A stretch of DNA of 60,812 nt, counting the filler. It is 6 parts of 6 records of this genome, joined end to end, with 100 filler letters (N's around TTAATTAATTAA, not from the genome) between each part and the next. Parts side by side here need not be neighbours in the genome. Positions count along the whole stretch, not along the records: positions 1 to 14,544 come from SRR31156797_7604; positions 14,645 to 21,671 come from SRR31156797_7622; 4 more parts are not named here. One strand, given 5' to 3'. Below are positions 9,583 to 20,364 of the stretch, one piece after another. How positions within the stretch are numbered: the stretch's first letter is position 1; every line of letters starts with the position of its first letter. Under the pieces are notes generated by a model that saw only the letters and a list, made by a program, of their open reading frames with translations, made no database searches and was not told where the DNA came from. Made by a program: the position numbers and the translations under genes.

Positions 9583-12500
9583 TTACTGAATCCGTATTCT
9601 TAAATTATCCTGTATGGCCTTGAGCAGTTCGGATCTGACCATTTCCAGATATTCCATGACATCCTCTTCGGTATCAAAGTATGCTTTATGTTTAAAGCTG
9701 GCCGGTTTAATCGTTGTAGTTTTCTTAACCGGTTTATCTGGTTCGGTGTCTGGTTTGAATTTCTCTTCTATGGTTTCAAGGGCGTCTTCAAAGGCTTCCT
9801 GGGATTCGCTGACACTGTATGAAATTTCAGGGATGCTGTACTCATATTCAATTTTTTTCTTGAAGTTTTGCAGCGGATAGAGCGTCTTGTTTTTAAAATC
9901 ATCAGCCGCCTGTTTTTCATTTAACAGTTTGGATACCTGTTGGATTTTGGCATTTATTTCGTCATACGCAAATTGGCGTTTTTCGGTCAGGATTTTGTCA
10001 TTGAACTGCTGAACAATTGAGGTCAAGCCGGTTACGTCTTTGAGCATGGCATAGGGATGGGGCGCTGCAATGATCTTTTCCATTTTTTTCAATGCTGCAC
10101 TGGCCGCATCATCTTTTTCAATGGCCGTTTTATTGGGAAGAAGCTGGTTCAGGGCGCCTTGCAGTTGCTCCCATGTCTGTTTCTGGTTATTGTAAAAATC
10201 CTGAAGATCCAAAAGGTCGTCATGGGAATCTAAAAGGTCGTCTTTTTATGCATTGAACTTTTTGATCAACTCAAAGGCATCGTGGATATCAAGTACAGCG
10301 TTCGCTGTTTTCAGGCAGGTATCAATCTCTTTTTTGCCCGGGTAGTTCCCTGTATCTGCCAGGGTTTTGTGTTTTTCCAAAGGTTCTTTCCATTTTGTTA
10401 ACCCATCACGGATATACCGACTGATCTTCTCCTGGCCGTCGGGTGCCAGGGAACCGAATAACTCTTTGCCCAGATTTTGTGCTTTTTGAAGATCATGACT
10501 TGAAAGATTGGCCTTGACGATAATCTGTACATTTTTCCACTGAGAGGTTTTGGAAAGAAGGGGAATCGCATCTTTGGGAGAAAGCTTGGCTTTATCTTCC
10601 AGCAAACTGATTTTTCCGCCCACAAAAAGCTTGGCAACAAGAATTACGATTTGAAATTCAGGCCAGCCATAGGGCCGCTTTGCAAAATGTTTGACCAGTT
10701 CATCCTGAACAATGGCTTTGTTGGCCGCCTGTTTTAACTCTATAAAGGCCTTGATCTCCTTAAGATCCCGGGTTTCTCCTTTGGCAAAGTCAAATACCAG
10801 TTGCTGCTGGCCGATATCATCGGACAAAAGGATCTGCTTGATCTCTTTTATGGGGTCATCATGGACTTTGGCCAGATAATCATACTTGCTAAAGGTATTT
10901 TGAACCAGATAATCAAAGGCTTCATCCAGGGCTTTTAATGAGGTTGTTGCTTTAATTTCCAGGGGTTTGCCCAGGGTATAACTTTGTGCTTTCAATATCA
11001 GGTCATCCACCTTTAAAATCAGTCGTTCCCGTCTTCCCCGGTTTTCATCGGCCCTGTCCCTTAAAATCTGCTTCAGGCTGATGGATGCTGCTGCATCGCT
11101 TTTATCTGTAATGTATTTATTCGTCTGGATATAGGTCCTGATTTCAGAAAAAAGATCCGGGTCATTATCAAGTTTTAAAAGAACTGTGCCCTCATTATTC
11201 AGGCTGTGCATGTTGCATTTACCGGGGTTGAAAACGGGATACTGGTCATGCATGGGGCTGATAATTTCAAGAAGCAGGTCATCCTCCACCCTTTTTTTCC
11301 AGGGTTTTTCATCACAAATTCTGTTAAATGCATAGTCCCTTTTAAAGGGCAGATACCGATGCTTGGATTTGCTTTTCAGGATGTCTTCAAAAATGATTTC
11401 GGCCAGAAGGTCTGTTTCTGCATGGGAGGAAATCTCAATACTTTTGATCTCCCTTGAGACCTCTCTCTCTTCATTTGTCAGGAAAAAATAAAGATCCCCG
11501 TTCCTGTTAATCAGGTTCTCTTTTTCCAGCCGCAGCAAAGCGTCATCGATGTTTTGATTTAAAATGATCCGGTCTGCATCCACCTGATAAATGGAAAGCG
11601 TGACCAGGTTGTCAATATTGGGTTTAATGATATCCACATACCGTATCAAAAACAGGGTTTGCAGGATTTGAATGTCAAACGGGGTATCCAGCCCCTTATT
11701 GTCTTTAGCCTGTTCAATACTTCTTTTAACGGAAGTGTCCAGAAAACTTTCAATGCAGGGGAAAAACTCATACAAAGGTACCAGCGCATTGATCTCTTTG
11801 GAGGCGATATTGATGGCAGCCGACTGAAATGCATCCAGCATGGATCGTTCTCCACGGCTTAAATGAAGTCCTGTGGCGCCTGCTTTTCTGATGGATTCAA
11901 ATATTTTTTGAACCAGTTGAAAATGATACGGGGTAAAAGGGTAGTTAGCGGCAAAATCCCCAGCAGTTGTATAATTCTTTAATGTGGATGTGTCATGGGT
12001 AAAACTGAGCTGGTTTTTAAGGATATCGCCTTTTTGGCTGAACAGGTTTTCAAGTTCAAGTTTCGCATCGGTCTGTTTTTCCAGAAGCCTTGCCTGGATC
12101 ACCTCATCTGTATTGGCACTGGACAGTGACAGCCGTGTATTAAACCGGCCCTGGATTTTAGAAAAGTCGTTTGCCTTTGAAGATTTGATATCCCCGATCA
12201 CCGCATCTATGTCTTCCTGGGATGTCACCACCACCCAGGCCCGGCCATTGCAGATTCGTCCTAAGTCTTCAACAATGGTTTGAAGGTTTAACATCAGGTG
12301 GGTATCACTGCCGATGAACTGGCCGATTTCATCCACCAGAAATATGATTCTGTGGTTGGGTGCTTTTGAATCCAGATATTCTTTTACCCTTTTGGCAAAG
12401 TGTTCCACCGTCAGGCTGAAATTGGTTTCATATTTTTCAAACCATTCCCTTGTGGCATCGGGGTTTTTATCAAGAACCACGGATAGGGCTTCTACGATTT

Positions 12501-13143
12501 CATCCTGGAGCAGGGAATAGGCATCGCGCTCGGTTTCCCACTCTGAACCGTAGATCTCTTTGAATTTTTCTTTAAACACCTGGTAATGGCCTTTGTGTGC
12601 CAGGTATCTTTCAATCTCTGCCAAGTGTAATGAGTCAGAGCAAAATCCCTGGCTTTCATTGAACAGCCGCCAGAATACGGAAAGAATGGCTGACCGGCCA
12701 TCTGTTGCATCGGCCCGGCTGTCAATATTAAAAAGGATGACATCCGCTTCGATATTGGAGATCCGTTTGATGTCTGCTAACAGCATGGCGTCTTTGATCT
12801 TGTCGGTAAAAAACTCAACAGCCCGTTTCAAAGATCCGGTGTCCGGGCAACACGCTTCTTTATTTTCCAGCAGATAAGAAAGTATTTTTATAAAATGAGA
12901 TTTACCGGAGCCAAAAAAGCCGGATATCCACACCGCCATTCTGCCTGCAATGATGGGATCATTCTGGTTGTCCACGGCGCCAAGATATGATTTTAAAAAT
13001 GTTTTGAAATGCTGGTCAAGTTCCCGTGTGACCACGTATTCATCAAGTTCCTGCCATACAACCGATTCAGTGAGTTGGTCTGCTTTAACAACCCCGTTGA
13101 TGGGTCTTGAGATATTCTTTTTGAATGTATTCCGGATCTGCAT
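9583..13143 (-). pseudogene. brxC: BREX ATPase BrxC interrupted by an in-frame TAA at 10246-10248
   Basis: 'RPINGVVKADQ', Walker A 'GFFGSGKS', 'VDEIGQF', 'TSQE'. Reads ...KKFNA*KDDLLDSHDDLLDLQDFY... in one frame, ~1186 aa in total. Confidence 0.9.
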
Positions 13144-13173
13144 TGAAAGCTGTCCTTTATGCGTTGACGTTAT

Positions 13174-13746
13174 CTATACAACCAGTTGAAACGCTCTGTA
13201 ATAATTTGTCTCTTTTAACTTGCCGAACAGCCTTAACCCCTGACCGGTATAGACGCCTGGATAAAACATCACCAATGGGGTGTCTTCCATGAGGTGGTGC
13301 AGATTGTTTAACAGATTGTGACTTCTTAACATTGGGTATGCGCTGCCGATACCGGATACCAATACCAGATCATTATCCTCAGGTGGCGCAAGGGTTATGA
13401 ACTCTTTGGCGATTTTTTTTGCATCCAGCGGACCTTTCAAAGAGTTGAGAAGCGCCTCATTACCCTTTTTCAACTCAATGTCCAGGACCCGATCAAGAAG
13501 ATTTCTGCTTTTTAGATAAACAAGGATCAGGTCAAACAGGTTGATATGCGTGAATCTTAAGTCAGGCTTTTTTTGGGGAAGCTGCCTTAAAATAAACTGG
13601 ATATGGTCCCTGATCTGCTCTTCAAATTCAGGAGGGTAATCAAAAATATAAAAACCGATTTCATTTCCGAGTCCCGAGTTTGAAAGAAGTTCCTCAGATG
13701 TCAATCGATCAAGAATTTTGTCCAGACGTTTTTTAAATGGTGTCAT
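13174..13746 (-). CDS. brxB: BREX protein BrxB (DUF1788)
   Basis: 'GLGNEIGFYIFDYPP', 'PLVMFYPGVYTGQGLRLF', 'NYYRAF'. Start reassigned to ATG 13746 with AAGGA RBS. Confidence 0.92.
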   Translation of the reverse strand: MTPFKKRLDKILDRLTSEELLSNSGLGNEIGFYIFDYPPEFEEQIRDHIQFILRQLPQKKPDLRFTHINLFDLILVYLKSRNLLDRVLDIELKKGNEALLNSLKGPLDAKKIAKEFITLAPPEDNDLVLVSGIGSAYPMLRSHNLLNNLHHLMEDTPLVMFYPGVYTGQGLRLFGKLKETNYYRAFQLVV

Positions 13747-13763
13747 ATGAATCCTTAAGAGGG

Positions 13764-14369
13764 CTATGTAATATCCATACAACGTAAGACATAGTCTTCC
13801 TTGTTTTTGACAAGATATGATTTTATCTCCGGCGTTAAGGAAACCGGTATTAATTTGCATGATTTTGTATTTTCAATGTACTTTGCTTCTGCAAGTATTC
13901 TGAAAACAATCTGCTTCAATTTTGACCGGGTTGTGTCTTTCCATGTATCAATTTCCGGATCAATTTGAGCGCATTGTTCCAAGTAAAGATTCCAGTCTTT
14001 AAGGTCAATCCTTTTGGTAAATGTCTGCCAATGCTGTCGCAGAACGGTACTCATAAAATCGCCGATGAGCCTGCTGTGTTTTATAGCTGCCGATAACAGG
14101 GCTTGGGATGCTACCTGCGCTGATCCATCTCTCACCAGCAGCCATAAGGCCCTGTCCATGAGAATAAGGCGATTTTTTATTAACCGGGCCTGCTTTTTTG
14201 CGGTTACAGGGCTTCTCTTTTGAAGTATATTGTCAACGACAATGGCTTGATACCATTGATCGGAATCTATATTTTTAAGTAATAAATCAGCAATTTTTCG
14301 ACTTTCTTCTATAAGCAAAGAGCCTGAGACAATCGAACTATTATACTTTTTATCGGTGATACTATCCAT
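13764..14369 (-). CDS. brxA: BREX protein BrxA (DUF1819)
   Basis: 'SLLIEESRKIADLLL', 'NILQKRS', 'KLKQIVFRILAEA'; first gene of the operon. Confidence 0.9.
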   Translation of the reverse strand: MDSITDKKYNSSIVSGSLLIEESRKIADLLLKNIDSDQWYQAIVVDNILQKRSPVTAKKQARLIKNRLILMDRALWLLVRDGSAQVASQALLSAAIKHSRLIGDFMSTVLRQHWQTFTKRIDLKDWNLYLEQCAQIDPEIDTWKDTTRSKLKQIVFRILAEAKYIENTKSCKLIPVSLTPEIKSYLVKNKEDYVLRCMDIT

Positions 14370-14544
14370 CTCTTCTTTTTAAAGTTATTCCACCATTGGC
14401 ATCTCTATCACGCGGATTTGTAACATTCAAGAAATAAGCCGGAATCAATTTCTTTTAGATTTTCACTGAGGACTACATCAATATCGAACTCTTCCCAACG
14501 GAAAATTCAAAAAACGGCGGGGTAGAATTTTTTAAATAGGGCGG

Positions 14545-14644
14545 NNNNNNNNNNNNNNNNNNNNNNNNNNNNNNNNNNNNNNNNNNNNTTAATTAATTAA
14601 NNNNNNNNNNNNNNNNNNNNNNNNNNNNNNNNNNNNNNNNNNNN
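14545..14644. other. Artificial contig linker
   Basis: N44-TTAATTAATTAA-N44; stops in all six frames. Confidence 0.98.
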
Positions 14645-15001
<357 letters not shown>

Positions 15002-15061
15002 TTAATTTAATTGAGTTGCAAAAGTAATAAAATAAGTGCGTGTTAACTAATTGGGTAAATT

Positions 15062-15997
15062 CTAAATCAGTTCAAGGATATGTTTAGCAGCGGATTCGTC
15101 TTTTTTTAGTTGTAGTTTGAGATCTTCAATGCTATTAAATTTCATTTCTTCCCTGATTTTATCAACAAAAAATACTTCAATCTCTTCAGAGTATATGTCT
15201 TGATTGAAGTTGAAAATATGTACTTCAATTGAAATTTCGTCAGTATTATCTACCGTTGGCCTCTTTCCTATGTTAATCATACCTTTAAAGTTTTGTCCTA
15301 TTACATGAACTTTACAGGCGTAAACACCAATAGCAGGGATGAGTTTGTATTGTTCGTTGGGTTTAATGTTGGCGGTAGGGTATCCTAATCTTCGTCCAAG
15401 CTTTTGACCTCCTGTTACAGTTCCAAAGATTGAAAACTGATAGCCTAACATTTGATTCGCATTTTTTACCTGCCCCAGATTAAGTTGATTTCGAATATAG
15501 GTAGAACTGATTTCTTTATCATCAAATAAGGCTGCATCTACTTTTGAAACAGAAAAACCTAGTTTTTCTCCAATTTGTAAATACTGTTCATAATCACCTA
15601 CCCTATCCTTGCCAAACCGATGATTATATCCTACAACTAAATGTTTCATACCGAGTTTATTTATCAAAACATCTTGAATAAATTTCTCAGCGGTGAGGTT
15701 GGCAATTTCTCTACTAAAAGGTAAAAGAATTAAAGCGTCAATATTTTTCTCACTAATTAGTTTTGTTTTTTCATCTAGTGTTGTAATGAATTGAAGTTCT
15801 CCCGGATTAGCTTTGTTTAATACAATTCGGGGATGAGGCCAAAAGGTTAAAACTACCGATTTAGCATTTAACGCGTTCGCTTTTTGCATAGTATGTTCAA
15901 GTAGCTTACTGTGACCTAAATGTACGCCATCAAACATCCCAATGGTTAACACCACATTTGAATCATTAAATGTATTCGGATCAGAATATACCTTCAT
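15062..15997 (-). CDS. ribF: Bifunctional riboflavin kinase/FAD synthetase
   Basis: 'IGMFDGVHLGH', 'GRRLGYPTAN', 'EVHIFNF'. Confidence 0.95.
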   Translation of the reverse strand: MKVYSDPNTFNDSNVVLTIGMFDGVHLGHSKLLEHTMQKANALNAKSVVLTFWPHPRIVLNKANPGELQFITTLDEKTKLISEKNIDALILLPFSREIANLTAEKFIQDVLINKLGMKHLVVGYNHRFGKDRVGDYEQYLQIGEKLGFSVSKVDAALFDDKEISSTYIRNQLNLGQVKNANQMLGYQFSIFGTVTGGQKLGRRLGYPTANIKPNEQYKLIPAIGVYACKVHVIGQNFKGMINIGKRPTVDNTDEISIEVHIFNFNQDIYSEEIEVFFVDKIREEMKFNSIEDLKLQLKKDESAAKHILELI

Positions 15998-16046
15998 GCT
16001 TCGTTTTACTTTTAGAGGACAAAAGTAACTTTAAAACCTGAATTCC

Positions 16047-19000
16047 TTAAACTTTGTTTTCATGAAGTTTAAAAGCCTTTCTTAATCTGAACTTTTCAAA
16101 GTATCTAATAGCTTGGCTTAGAATATCAAAGTAAAGTGTTAAATAAAGAATAAAGGTAGACAACCATATGGTAATCACATTAAATAAAGGTGTTGGAATC
16201 TTTATTCCTGCGAATTGTTTGGTTGGTGCCAAAAAGTGTGCACGTCCCCACTTTGAACTTCCATCTCTTAAAACAGGATCTTTTTTAGAAATATATTCAT
16301 CACCCTTAAATTGAATCTGTTTTAAGTTACCTTTATTTAATAATTGTGCAGTAAGTTTAGTATTACTATACTCCTGTTTTAATTTAAATACTTGATCTGC
16401 TGAACCAAGTGTTTTTACTAGTTCTTTATAAACCTGATCTTTTTGCGATTTACCTTCTTTGTAAATAGATTGAAAATAAGTAGTCAGCGAATCTAATATA
16501 ACTTCAGTCCGTTTAATGTTGATCTGATTAACACTATTTGGTTTTGATGCAATAAATGCAGCAAGGCCAGGTGTGGTTTTTTCAACCAACTTATTTAATT
16601 CTTTATTTATTATGGCGTCATGAAGTTCTGCTTCTTCTGTATTGCCCTTTTCCAATAATCTTTGACAAGAGATATTATGTTGTTTCAGTTTGGGAATGAG
16701 AAGACTTGAATAATAAGAAGCGTTACTTATTTTTTGCTCAAACTCGAAAAAGTGCTTTTCGTACTCATTGTTTGCAAATTGGTTAACAGCTAATGCTTCG
16801 TATGCCCATCTCGAAGTCATTATATCTCCTATTCTAGGAACAAACTCTTTAGGTGCAATGGAGTTATGTAGTTTGTCGAAATTTACAATTACTCCACTGA
16901 ATAATAGTTGAGGAACTAAAATAAGAGGTATCAGAATATAAATGGCCACAACAGATTTTAACCCACTACTGATATTAAGTCCAAGCATATTCGAAAAACA
17001 AGCTGTTGAAAATAATATCATCCAATAGCTAAAAGTTAGTCCTTTAATCTCAAGTATATAATTTCCAATCAAAACCAGAGAAAGCGTTTGAATAGCAGAT
17101 ATCCCAAAAAGTATCATTATTTTACTGTTCAAATAGCTGGATCGACTAAGGTTAAGGAATTTTTCCCTTTGTAGTAACTTGCGATCTTTAATGATTTCTT
17201 CTGCACTTACGTTTAAGCCTAAAAATAGAGCAACAACAACAGCCATAAATAAATAGGCTGGGATATTATCGTTTTGACTGAAAATATATTGGTTAATGTC
17301 AGTCTCGCTTCCGGCTATATATTTGGTAAAGAAACCCAGTATCAGAGCTAAAACAGGAGCCTCTAAAAAATTAATCATCATATACTGACGATCTTTCCAT
17401 TTTGATAAACTGTCCCTATAGCTGTAAATTAGAAACTGTTTTATTCTTCCCGGAATATTATATAAGTTGTGAGGAAGCTTTTCTATCGTTTCAGGCTCTG
17501 TATTGTTTTTCCATTCAAACTGACTTTCTATGTCATTTTGATATAATTCGTACCATTCTGCGGGTTTAACCTTTCGTTCACGAATTAAGCGACCGTTAGG
17601 ATCAACCATTCTGGCTTCGATGATTCTGAGAGGTTGTTCTACTTTAACATTACCGCATAAGTAACATTCGCTGTCTTCAGGGTTTACATAGTTAGCTTTT
17701 TGCTTAAAGTATACAATGGCATCCATCGGATTTCCATTGTAGATAATGTAACCTCCTTTGTCTATTATTAATAATTTATCCAGTAATTTATATAAGTCAG
17801 AAGAGGGTTGATGAATATTAATGATGACCAACTTTCCTTTTAAAGTTTGTCTTTTTAGTAAAACCATTACCTTTTCTGAATCCATTGAAGATAAGCCGGA
17901 TGTAGGTTCGTCCACAAAAAGAATAGAAGGTTCTCTGATTAACTCAAGTGCAATGTTTAATCGCTTACGTTGTCCACCGCTTAAAATTTTATTTAACGGA
18001 CTTCCAACCACTAAATCTCTTGCCTCAATTAAATCAAAATCTTTAATAGCAGTTTCAACTAGTTCCTGAATTTTTTCGACTGAGGAATCGCTAAAGCAAA
18101 GCTTGGCATTGAAGAACAGGTTTTCATAAACAGTTAGTTCTTCTATTAATAAATCCTCTTGAGGAACGTATCCAATAACCCCTTTTAATTCTTCTTTATG
18201 TTCATGAATATTGAGGCCATTGATATGTATTGAACCGTTTGATAATTTGTAGCTACCGTTTAGAACATTTAATAAGGTTGATTTTCCGGTGCCACTCCCT
18301 CCCATTATTCCAACCAATTGTCCGGAACGGCCTGTAAAGCTAAAAGGATGTATTCCTGTTTGTTTGTCGTTAAATTTGTACGTCACATCTTTTGCTTTCA
18401 GCATAATGCGACCCATTTCTGTTTTTTGAACAAACACTTCAGCCACTCTTCCATAATATACAGGAGACATACGCGAGGTTTTGATCACTGAACCAACAGA
18501 AAGGATATACGAGTTATTTCGCTCTACCTTGTGACCATTTAAATACAAGTTACGATCTCCGGAATATCTGAAAATAAAGGTATGCGTGCTTTTAATATAT
18601 AGAACCCAAACATAAACCTGTTGTTTATCGTTATACAGATGTTTAAAGTTGGGTAGAGGAGGCTCTTTTTGTCCACTAATAACCAAAACCTTTTCAGGAT
18701 CCGAAATCTCCATAGGACCTTTCAGAATAAATGATTTGAGTAGTTCATAATCTACCGGGTTAATCATCATTCCTCTGGAAAGCTTATCTACAACATCGTA
18801 GGCTATAGTGCTGATTTTTTCCTCTTTGCGCATAAATTCAAAAAGTTGCACAAAGAGCCATATTTTAGATTCGCTTTGGAGTTCTTTATTTAGTTCATCG
18901 CAAATATTGTTGAGTTGGTTGTAATTGTCAGATGATTGTTGCTCTACTTTTGATTTTATTGGACTATAAGTATGTTTGTGAAAAGATTGAATATAGTAAT

Positions 19001-19157
19001 TAAACCTTTCCAAATATTGGTCAACATATTCTTTATTAAAGTTACGTTGAAGCTCTTGTTCAATCAGTTTTCGTGCACTGTCTAATCGGCTCTCCTTTCT
19101 TACATTTGTAAGAAGAGCATATAATTTCATAAGTGCATCTAATAACGTCTCGCTCAT
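16047..19157 (-). CDS. Large fused ABC exporter (N-terminal extension + NBD + ABC-2 membrane domain)
   Basis: Walker A 'GGSGTGKS', signature 'LSGGQ', 'LFVDEPTSGL', 'IHQPS' (ABCG-like), C-terminal TM helices. Confidence 0.85.
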   Translation of the reverse strand: MSETLLDALMKLYALLTNVRKESRLDSARKLIEQELQRNFNKEYVDQYLERFNYYIQSFHKHTYSPIKSKVEQQSSDNYNQLNNICDELNKELQSESKIWLFVQLFEFMRKEEKISTIAYDVVDKLSRGMMINPVDYELLKSFILKGPMEISDPEKVLVISGQKEPPLPNFKHLYNDKQQVYVWVLYIKSTHTFIFRYSGDRNLYLNGHKVERNNSYILSVGSVIKTSRMSPVYYGRVAEVFVQKTEMGRIMLKAKDVTYKFNDKQTGIHPFSFTGRSGQLVGIMGGSGTGKSTLLNVLNGSYKLSNGSIHINGLNIHEHKEELKGVIGYVPQEDLLIEELTVYENLFFNAKLCFSDSSVEKIQELVETAIKDFDLIEARDLVVGSPLNKILSGGQRKRLNIALELIREPSILFVDEPTSGLSSMDSEKVMVLLKRQTLKGKLVIINIHQPSSDLYKLLDKLLIIDKGGYIIYNGNPMDAIVYFKQKANYVNPEDSECYLCGNVKVEQPLRIIEARMVDPNGRLIRERKVKPAEWYELYQNDIESQFEWKNNTEPETIEKLPHNLYNIPGRIKQFLIYSYRDSLSKWKDRQYMMINFLEAPVLALILGFFTKYIAGSETDINQYIFSQNDNIPAYLFMAVVVALFLGLNVSAEEIIKDRKLLQREKFLNLSRSSYLNSKIMILFGISAIQTLSLVLIGNYILEIKGLTFSYWMILFSTACFSNMLGLNISSGLKSVVAIYILIPLILVPQLLFSGVIVNFDKLHNSIAPKEFVPRIGDIMTSRWAYEALAVNQFANNEYEKHFFEFEQKISNASYYSSLLIPKLKQHNISCQRLLEKGNTEEAELHDAIINKELNKLVEKTTPGLAAFIASKPNSVNQINIKRTEVILDSLTTYFQSIYKEGKSQKDQVYKELVKTLGSADQVFKLKQEYSNTKLTAQLLNKGNLKQIQFKGDEYISKKDPVLRDGSSKWGRAHFLAPTKQFAGIKIPTPLFNVITIWLSTFILYLTLYFDILSQAIRYFEKFRLRKAFKLHENKV

Positions 19158-19272
19158 AACCTTTTGTGTACTTTTTTAGCCAATGTGTGAAATGTAAATT
19201 CAAATATTTACTGTATAAAAATACAATTTACTAATTAAACCAACCTTCAATTATGGTATGTTTATCATAAAT

Positions 19273-19306
19273 AAAAAAAGCGATCCTGATGACAGTGACC
19301 GCTTTT
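19273..19306 (-). terminator. Probable intrinsic terminator
   Basis: aaaagcg...cgctttt hairpin with an A-tract (U-tract on the minus strand). Confidence 0.5.
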
Positions 19307-19330
19307 AAATGTTTTTCAGGTTATTATATC

Positions 19331-20161
19331 TTATTCTGTAGCCACAAATTTTTTGCGAATAGTTAAGGACTCTTCTGCAATTTGTATCATTTGCTCCTGA
19401 GTTATTGCAGTACTCTCAATACTTGCATAAATATTAGCCATGTTTGATAGATCATCAATGGTTTCAGCAATGGCTTCATTACTTTTATATTCTGAAAGAA
19501 TTTCCATCAGTTTTAGTAAAGGTTCTTTTTGTTTTAGAACAATCTCAACCATTTCTTTACTATTAAATGTTTCTTCGGAAATGTGAGTTGCTATATAAAG
19601 ACCTTCTACCCACGCGCCTGCCATTACTAATGCTGATACAGGTGCTCTGTTATTAGCGTGAAGAAAATCGTAGGTATCGTAGAATGAGTTGGTAATTAAC
19701 TCAACTAATGCTTCTTTGTTATCTTCGTTAGCTTCAATTTGCTCTGGTAAATCTTCTCTAACAGCTCCTGTTAAATCTAAACCTTCCAATAGTTTTCTGG
19801 AAGCATCAATAAAATTAATAGTTTCTTGTTTTTGATTGTATGTACTGGCATAACTTAAATCACCACCATATATTCCAAGGTTAAGCGCTTTTGCTTTTTC
19901 AGTAAAATATTTATCTGAATTGGCAGGATTGTTAGCTAAATCAAAAATATATGCAGCTTCAATTTTATTTAACATTTCCACAATTTCGTACGAAGTCGGA
20001 AGTGGATAAACAAATTCTCTAACTTTTGTTTCTACTTCGTCTTTCTCAATCTGAACAGTTTCTTTTTGTTTTTCTTTTTTAGATGAACTGTTACAAGATG
20101 CAATAACAACTGCAAGTACAAGAACTGAGGCTAAGCCTAATAGTTTTAAATTTTTTATCAT
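19331..20161 (-). CDS. Conserved Bacteroidota lipoprotein, helical, function unknown
   Basis: Lipobox 'IASC'; 'ALNLGIYGGDLSY', 'GAWVEGLYI'. Confidence 0.75.
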   Translation of the reverse strand: MIKNLKLLGLASVLVLAVVIASCNSSSKKEKQKETVQIEKDEVETKVREFVYPLPTSYEIVEMLNKIEAAYIFDLANNPANSDKYFTEKAKALNLGIYGGDLSYASTYNQKQETINFIDASRKLLEGLDLTGAVREDLPEQIEANEDNKEALVELITNSFYDTYDFLHANNRAPVSALVMAGAWVEGLYIATHISEETFNSKEMVEIVLKQKEPLLKLMEILSEYKSNEAIAETIDDLSNMANIYASIESTAITQEQMIQIAEESLTIRKKFVATE

Positions 20162-20364
20162 TTGTTTAGTTTTTATTTTATCATGTCAGATGAAACGTTC
20201 AACAAAAACTTAAATAAATTTAAATTAATCATATCCGTTTCATGTGTTAATTAATAGATGTAATTAACATTTGCTACAAATATAATTTATTTCAAAAACA
20301 AATTGATTTTTGTTCTTTTATTTTTATAACAAATTGAAGTTTACGATAGAATAGTCTTATTTAT

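Noticed and set aside
8644-13143. Programmed double stop read-through making a BrxC-HATPase fusion
   Set aside because: Both stops are TAA with no recoding signal, and all other genes use TAA as stop; mutation plus deletion is simpler.
13747-13860. N-terminal extension of brxB in the ORF track
   Set aside because: Overlaps brxA; the ATG at 13746 has a good RBS and matches family length.
14370-14544. Possible brxR (WYL) regulator upstream of brxA
   Set aside because: No recognisable WYL sequence in the 175 bp before the contig ends.
14589-14600. Recurrent TTAATTAATTAA palindrome
   Set aside because: Synthetic linker embedded in Ns, identical at all five joins.
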